A stretch of 64,000 nt of DNA from contig CM126214.1 in NCBI GenBank assembly GCA_052327205.1, positions 181,040,001-181,104,000 on the forward strand, in the 5' to 3' direction. The notes under the pieces are model-generated. The model saw nothing but the letters and a program-made list of their open reading frames with translations, was not told the DNA's origin and did no database searches. The DNA comes from Somniosus microcephalus. Lineage: Eukaryota. The position numbers were made by a program, and so were the translations under genes. Position 1 is the first letter of the stretch, and each line of letters starts with the position of its first letter. Of this stretch, positions 61,501-64,000 are shown piece after piece.

Positions 61501-62557
61501 AACCCACAAAGCTAATGCGCAACCATCCCCAAGCTTCTGTTCTATTTACTGCATTAACTTTACTGCATGCGCGGTATCGACAGTGAAAACCGGTGAGCGG
61601 CCTGCGTGGGATCTCGCAGGTGATAGCGCGGCTTAACGTGAGCATTGGCTGCAGGTTAGTCTGGTGATTCAGCCTAATAACACGGGTAAATGAATTGGAG
61701 CCTGTAATGTGCATCAGTACAGTAAAGATTATCTGCACACACTCTTTCCTCACCTATTAGGAAGACCAAATGGGAGTACATCTTAATTCAGGGTGACCAA
61801 ACTTCTTCTGTCTCCTGGGTCATATAGTTACAATCCATGGAGCCCAACAGACCACACACAATCAGTTAAATAACAGAAGAACTTGCATTTATATAGTGCC
61901 TTTCGCGACCTCAGGACATCCCAAAGCGCCTTATTGCAAAGCAACCAACTAATCTCCACCGTTGAATTTAAGAACTAATTTTGTGCAATTAAATTTGCAT
62001 CAGAGCACCCTTTTTATTAAAACCAAGTTACAGATGGGTTTAGATTGTTTCCAACTATTTCAAACTATTTGAGTTCAATCAGGCGAGCCAAGACATGTGA
62101 GGCAATGACAGACTGTTTCACTGTGGTTTTTGTGGGCTTGTTACGGGCCCTGTGCTCCTCACTTTTGAACAGCCCAGCTTTCATTAGCAGCCTATGCTTC
62201 ACTCACCAACCAGTATCTGCTCCCTGTTATCTTCTCCTAGGCCCTTGGCTTTGCTGCTTCTGCAGTATGGATGTTCCCACTGCTCTGCACTATTCTTAAG
62301 ATATGAGGGGTAACTTGCTGGTCCTTTGTTCATTCAGTGTGGCCAAATGAACCCTCGGTAGAGAGAGAGCTCCTCATAATGACTCACTTTATGTCTTTTC
62401 CGCACAGATCTATGGAAAGCAAGAAGAAAGCTCTCCAGAGGCTTGAAGAACAGTTGATGAAATTGGAAGTTCAGGCCACTGACCGGGAAGAGAATAAACA
62501 AATAGCCCTTGGGACTTCCAAACTCAACTACCTGGACCCTAGGATCAGCATTGCTTG
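92..62557 (+). CDS. TOP1: DNA topoisomerase I (nuclear, type IB); exons 1-20 of an expected 21, 3' partial
   Basis: Manual splicing of 20 GT-AG exons gives an open frame of 2216 nt: K/E/H-rich N-terminal domain, core, linker and C-terminal domain. Catalytic residues are present: R in LALRAG, K in GKDS, R in VFRTY, H in CNHQ, Y in KLNYLDPR (codon 62529-62531). Exon 9-20 lengths (116,122,123,188,145,144,186,69,115,128,95,150) match the human TOP1 structure as I recall it. The long charged N-terminus argues for TOP1 rather than TOP1MT. Confidence 0.98.
264..288 (+). CDS. TOP1: TOP1 exon 2 (INTDSRLN-D)
   Basis: ttgtag| and |gtgagt; 25 nt, like human IEADFRLND. Confidence 0.9.
420..657. promoter_or_regulatory. 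Small CpG-rich island in intron 2, bounded by inverted repeats with YY1-type cores
   Basis: Dense CpG in an AT-rich background; ACATGGCG at 420-427 and CGCCATTTT at 649-657; 14-bp perfect inverted repeat at 430-443 / 635-648. Confidence 0.65.
1089..1120. repeat. (TA)n/(TG)n microsatellite
   Basis: tatatgtatatgtgtgtgtgtgtatatatatg. Confidence 0.8.
2300..2515 (-). mobile_element. Old tRNA-derived SINE, AmnSINE2-like. Further degenerate copies near 3300-3500, 7700-7890, 10960-11130, 11980-12140, 14050-14220, 15670-15900, 16440-16660, 28130-28740, 31850-31970
   Basis: Recurrent motif gatcagct..tcagca..ggattgaacctggga..ctggtctgt shared among many copies; family name from memory. Confidence 0.5.
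2695..3021. mobile_element. Tc1/mariner-pogo (Tigger-like) MITE, 327 bp
   Basis: 22-bp TIR CAGGAAACTTTGTG(C/T)TATCCGG with 1 mismatch; TA on both sides (2693-2694, 3022-3023). Confidence 0.85.
4037..4132 (-). mobile_element. Penelope-like element 3' end (hammerhead-like motif plus tail)
   Basis: Near-identical reverse complement of 6284-6378; 9-bp TSD ATGCTGTGG (4028-4036, 4133-4141). Confidence 0.8.
4912..4987 (+). mobile_element. Penelope-like element 3' tail fragment
   Basis: aaacgttaactctgtttctctccacggatgttg...ctgttgttatttc; flanking duplication AATATGACCTG (4901-4911, 4988-4998). Confidence 0.75.
5790..6379 (+). mobile_element. 5'-truncated Penelope-like retroelement (C-terminal part of GIY-YIG endonuclease plus 3' tail)
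   Basis: [13 protein letters not shown]...PVACHFN...[24 protein letters not shown]; 17-bp TSD CTGGTATAGAACTAGTT (5773-5789, 6380-6396). Confidence 0.88.
6281..6315 (+). ncRNA. Minimal type I hammerhead-ribozyme-like motif (U3 core variant)
   Basis: AGUU-UUGAAGA-A-GGGU-caa-ACCC-GAAAC-GUC-AACU: stem I, core, stem II, GAAA, palindromic ACGU stem III, GUC site. Confidence 0.6.
10039..10817 (-). mobile_element. Two CR1 LINE 3'-end fragments (about 10039-10161 and 10340-10817) within or next to an older CR1 remnant
   Basis: acataagaacataagaa tail and similarity to the CR1 at 47739-48718. Confidence 0.75.
11408..11546 (+). CDS. TOP1: TOP1 exon 3 ([46 protein letters not shown])
   Basis: ttgcag| and |gtaccg; phase 1 to 2, H/K-rich. 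Confidence 0.92.
13559..13912 (-). mobile_element. HE1-like V-SINE, full length
   Basis: tRNA-like head with A/B boxes (tggcatagtgg, ggttcgaatcc), V-domain gtttcctccgggtgctccggtttcctccca, CR1-like tail ttctgtgattctgtga. Confidence 0.88.
15003..15460 (+). mobile_element. Degenerate CR1 3' fragment
   Basis: ttcttcacacaagagtagtggaaatctggaac and ggctcgaggggctgaa tail. Confidence 0.7.
16732..16870. mobile_element. hAT-type MITE (family also at 53441, 57850, about 61514)
   Basis: Degenerate TIR; 8-bp TSD ATTGGAGG / ATTGGTGG; internal similarity to 57850-58010. Confidence 0.65.
19449..20170. mobile_element. Non-autonomous DNA transposon, PIF/Harbinger-like, 722 bp, nested in an old minus-strand CR1
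   Basis: TIR GGCCCTGAAATTGCGGT vs GGCCCGGAGATTGTGGT (reverse complement of right end); 3-bp TSD ATT. Confidence 0.7.
22867..23209 (+). mobile_element. HE1-like V-SINE
   Basis: Same family as 13559-13912, opposite orientation. Confidence 0.88.
24425..27443 (-). mobile_element. CR1 LINE, essentially complete ORF2 (APE plus RT) and 3' end, about three frameshifts
   Basis: ORFs 27126-27374, 25639-27216, 24978-25628, 24515-25018: [62 protein letters not shown]. Confidence 0.95.
27444..27670 (-). mobile_element. Older LINE 3' fragment (same family as 42250 and 44490), split by the CR1; other half at about 24340-24424
   Basis: Both flanks of the CR1 match consecutive parts of the reverse complement of 44880-45210. 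Confidence 0.75.
28391..28645. mobile_element. Palindromic MITE
   Basis: TIR ggggtaattttaacctaa / ttaggttcaaatcgtccc; internal hairpin ctctccattga-ct-tcaatggagag. Confidence 0.6.
28867..28993 (+). CDS. TOP1: TOP1 exon 4 ([42 protein letters not shown])
   Basis: ttgcag| and |gtattg; frame consistent. Confidence 0.95.
29346..29554. repeat. Long foldback inverted repeat, 3-nt loop
   Basis: Arms 29399-29452 and 29456-29509 pair at 53/54 positions; more diverged outer arms extend to 29346 and 29554. Confidence 0.92.
29584..29993 (+). mobile_element. CR1 3' fragment
   Basis: tttagaagaatgagaggtgatctcattgaaac ... ctcctgctcctagttcttatgt. Confidence 0.8.
30185..30249 (+). CDS. TOP1: TOP1 exon 5 ([22 protein letters not shown])
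   Basis: T-tract aaaag| and |gtaagg; KENGF motif; alternative in-frame start at 30191. Confidence 0.88.
30878..30970 (+). CDS. TOP1: TOP1 exon 6 ([31 protein letters not shown])
   Basis: ccttag| and |gtaagt. Confidence 0.95.
32589..33373 (+). mobile_element. CR1 (HER1-like) 3' fragment with open RT C-terminus
   Basis: ORF 32601-33302 [13 protein letters not shown]...[13 protein letters not shown]. Confidence 0.92.
33403..33472 (+). CDS. TOP1: TOP1 exon 7 ([23 protein letters not shown])
   Basis: ccctag| and |gtaagt; [16 protein letters not shown] motif. Confidence 0.95.
35380..36890 (-). mobile_element. CR1 fragments (3' end plus APE region) interrupted by an HE1-like SINE
   Basis: ORF 36232-36513 [11 protein letters not shown]...GNSEH. 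Confidence 0.8.
35834..36156 (+). mobile_element. HE1-like V-SINE, 5'-truncated
   Basis: Same family as 22867-23209. Confidence 0.88.
37327..37418 (+). CDS. TOP1: TOP1 exon 8 ([31 protein letters not shown])
   Basis: ttgcag| and |gtgagg. Confidence 0.95.
37975..38180 (+). mobile_element. L2 LINE fragment
   Basis: Similar to 60060-60240 (ttttaaaattctcatccttgt..tcaaatccctc). Confidence 0.75.
40118..40233 (+). CDS. TOP1: TOP1 exon 9 ([39 protein letters not shown])
   Basis: gtgcag| and |gtaagt; 116 nt. Confidence 0.97.
40860..41222 (-). mobile_element. SacSINE1-like Deu-SINE, 5'-truncated
   Basis: Closely matches 55354-55700. Confidence 0.8.
42250..42875 (+). mobile_element. LINE 3' fragment, CR1 superclade (Crack/L2-like RT C-terminus)
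   Basis: [16 protein letters not shown]...[16 protein letters not shown]. Confidence 0.8.
43073..43596 (+). mobile_element. CR1 3' fragment, same family as 32589-33373
   Basis: [25 protein letters not shown]. Confidence 0.9.
44492..45225 (+). mobile_element. LINE 3' fragment, same family as 42250-42875, ending in an A-tail
   Basis: [17 protein letters not shown]...[10 protein letters not shown]. Confidence 0.82.
47193..47360 (+). mobile_element. LF-SINE-like 5' fragment
   Basis: tRNA-like head then tttcacctctgg ... ctgctggatgtaagggttctatgtgaaa..agtttggg..tcagtcc; resembles the LF-SINE consensus from memory. Confidence 0.5.
47739..48718 (-). mobile_element. 5'-truncated CR1 LINE
   Basis: ORFs 47833-48444 and 48495-48842 (FADDTK); 7-bp TSD AGATTTC (47732-47738, 48719-48725). 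Confidence 0.92.
48886..49007 (+). CDS. TOP1: TOP1 exon 10 ([40 protein letters not shown])
   Basis: tttag| and |gtaagt; 122 nt. Confidence 0.97.
50086..50208 (+). CDS. TOP1: TOP1 exon 11 ([41 protein letters not shown])
   Basis: tctag| and |gtttgt; 123 nt. Confidence 0.96.
50540..50727 (+). CDS. TOP1: TOP1 exon 12 ([63 protein letters not shown])
   Basis: caacag| and |gtgagt; 188 nt. Confidence 0.96.
50800..51125 (+). mobile_element. AmnSINE2-like SINE (similar copies at 55075-55350 and 59660-59900)
   Basis: ctgagccatacaga ... gtctgtgctgagttagctg ... gaagaatgg. Confidence 0.55.
52243..52387 (+). CDS. TOP1: TOP1 exon 13 ([48 protein letters not shown])
   Basis: ctccag| and |gtacga; 145 nt. 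Confidence 0.97.
52665..53009 (-). mobile_element. HE1-like V-SINE with an internal 15-bp inversion
   Basis: Same family as 13559-13912. Confidence 0.88.
53441..53613. mobile_element. hAT-type MITE, 173 bp
   Basis: TIR CAGTGTTCCCTGTAAGCT / AGCTTAGAGGGAAGATTA; 8-bp TSD GTGCTATC / CTGCTATC. Confidence 0.75.
53780..53923 (+). CDS. TOP1: TOP1 exon 14 ([48 protein letters not shown])
   Basis: aaatag| and |gtgagt; 144 nt. Confidence 0.97.
54806..54991 (+). CDS. TOP1: TOP1 exon 15 ([62 protein letters not shown])
   Basis: atgtag| and |gtaaga; 186 nt; catalytic R and K. Confidence 0.98.
55354..55796 (-). mobile_element. SacSINE1-like Deu-SINE, full length. Fragments also near 31250, 35080, 37050, 47390, 49160, 51150, 54240, 57710, 61880
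   Basis: tRNA-like head (gtgggttcaagtc), Deu-domain ctcaggtggacgtaaaagatcc..gtgtcctggccaatatttatccctca, L2-like tail. Confidence 0.82.
57211..57279 (+). CDS. TOP1: TOP1 exon 16 ([23 protein letters not shown])
   Basis: tctaag| and |gtaagt; 69 nt. Confidence 0.97.
57850..58010. mobile_element. hAT-type MITE, opposite orientation to 53441
   Basis: TIR CAATGTTCC ... GGAACATTG. Confidence 0.7.
58610..58724 (+). CDS. TOP1: TOP1 exon 17 ([39 protein letters not shown])
   Basis: atatag| and |gtaagt; 115 nt. Confidence 0.97.
59445..59572 (+). CDS. TOP1: TOP1 exon 18 ([42 protein letters not shown])
   Basis: tcctag| and |gtaagt; 128 nt. Confidence 0.97.
59960..60525 (+). mobile_element. L2 LINE 3' fragment
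   Basis: [10 protein letters not shown]...IQNSSA...[20 protein letters not shown]...[14 protein letters not shown]; tail ending taaatgcaagttg. Confidence 0.88.
61382..61476 (+). CDS. TOP1: TOP1 exon 19, linker ([32 protein letters not shown])
   Basis: ttttag| and |gtaagc; 95 nt. Confidence 0.96.
62408..62557 (+). CDS. TOP1: TOP1 exon 20 ([50 protein letters not shown]), catalytic Tyr
   Basis: gcacag| and |gtgagt; 150 nt. Confidence 0.98.
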
Positions 62558-62583
62558 GTGAGTGTATTTGATTCACTCTGGCT

Positions 62584-63924
62584 TAGAAGATAGGAGTCGG
62601 CCATTCGGCCCATCGAGCCTGCTCCGCCATTCAATGCGATCATGGCTGATCATCCAAATTCAGTACCCTGTCCCTGCCTTCTCCCCATATCCCTTGATCC
62701 CTTTAGCCTTAAGAAATATATCCAACTCCTTCTTGAATATATTTAATGAATTGGCCTCTACTGCCTTCTGTGGTAGAGAATTCCACAGGTTCACCACTCT
62801 CTGGGTGAAGAAATTCCTCCTCATCGCTGTCCCAAATGGCTTACCCCTTATCCTTATACTGTGACCCCTGGTTCTGGACTCCCCGACCATCGGGAACATC
62901 CTTCCTGCATCTAGTCTGTCCAGTCCTGTTAGAATTTTATAAGTTTCAATGAGATCCCCCCTCATTCTTCTAAACTCCAGCGAGTACAAGCCCAATCGAC
63001 CCACTCTCTCCTCATACGTCATTCCTGCCATCCCAGGTATCCGCCTGGTGAATCTTCGCTGCACTCCTTCCATGGCAAGAATATCCTTCCTCGGATAAGG
63101 CGACCAAAACTGCACACAATACTCAAGGTGTGGTCTCACCAAGGCCCTGTACAACTGCAGCAAGACATCCTTGTTCCTGTACTCAAATCCTCTCGCTACG
63201 AAGGCCAACATACCATTTGCCTTCTTAACCGCCTGCTGCACCTGCATGCTTACCTTCAGCGACTGGCGCACAAGGACGCCCAGGTCTCATTGCACTTCCC
63301 CTTCTCTCAATCTATTGCCATTCAGATAATCTGCCGCCTTGTTTTTGACACCAAAGTGGATAACCTCCCATTTATCCACGTTATATTGCATCTGCCATGC
63401 TTCTGCCCAATCACCCAACCTGTCCAAATCATACTGGAGTTTCTCGGCATCCTCCTCACAGCACACACGCCCACTCAGCTTTGTGTCGTCTGCAAACTTG
63501 GAGATATTACATCTAGTTCCCTCGTCCAGTTCATTAATATATATTGTGAATAGCTGGGGTCCAAGGACCGATCCCTGCGGTACCCCACTAGTCACTGCCT
63601 GCCACTCGGAAAAAGAGCCGTTTATTCCAACTCTTTGCTTTCTGTCTGCCAACCAGTTCTCCATCCAAGTCAATTCCTTGCCCCCAATCCCATGTGCCTT
63701 AACTTTACACGCTAATCTCTTAGCAGGACCTTATCGAAAGCCTTTTGAAAGTCTAAATACACCACATCCACTTGTTCTCCCTTATCTATTTTACCAGTTA
63801 CATCCTCAAAAAATTCCAGTAGATTAGTCAAGCACGATTTACCTTTTGTAAATCCATGTTGACTTTGTCCGATCTGGTCACTGTTTTCCAAGTGCTCTGC
63901 TATTACATCCTTTATAATGGACTC
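62584..63924 (-). mobile_element. 5'-truncated CR1 LINE, same young family as 24425-27443
   Basis: ORFs 62660-63271, 63287-63673, 63712-63948; very high similarity to 24433-25782. Confidence 0.95.
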
Positions 63925-64000
63925 CCAGGTGAAGAGTTTCCATGGCAACCCAGGATCCTATTCAGTTTAATCAAATCAACTTTTATTGTCATTGTTAGTG

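Noticed and set aside
116-62407. U12-type or non-canonical introns
   Set aside because: All 19 complete introns are GT-AG and none has the GTATCCTT donor.
62529-62557. LDPRISIAW versus human LDPRITVAW as a possible camptothecin-resistance change
   Set aside because: Conservative Thr-to-Ser change; the key drug-contact motifs (FRGRG, GKDS, KLNY) are all intact.

Overview
Vertebrate genomic DNA, most likely from a cartilaginous fish (shark or ray), judged from the HE1-like and SacSINE1-like SINEs and the CR1, L2 and Penelope content. The whole window is one + strand gene, nuclear DNA topoisomerase I (TOP1). I traced 20 coding exons by hand, from the ATG at 92 to the catalytic-tyrosine exon ending at 62557. 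All introns are GT-AG, the phases are consistent, the frame is open (2216 coding nt), and the last exon lies beyond the window. Introns are dense with CR1 and L2 LINE fragments, several SINE families, Penelope 3' ends and non-autonomous DNA transposons; most listed ORFs are repeat-derived or spurious. The most interesting unexplained signal is in intron 2 just after exon 2: a nested inverted-repeat element (399-672) whose arms each carry a Top1-type GACTT^AG motif next to a YY1 core, followed by a candidate stop-containing cryptic terminal exon. This could be a TOP1 autoregulatory module, but that is a hypothesis. Also notable: a cluster of Penelope ends carrying minimal hammerhead motifs, a ~210-bp foldback in intron 4, and an out-of-frame competing donor at exon 12. 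Repeat family names come from remembered consensus sequences, not a database search.
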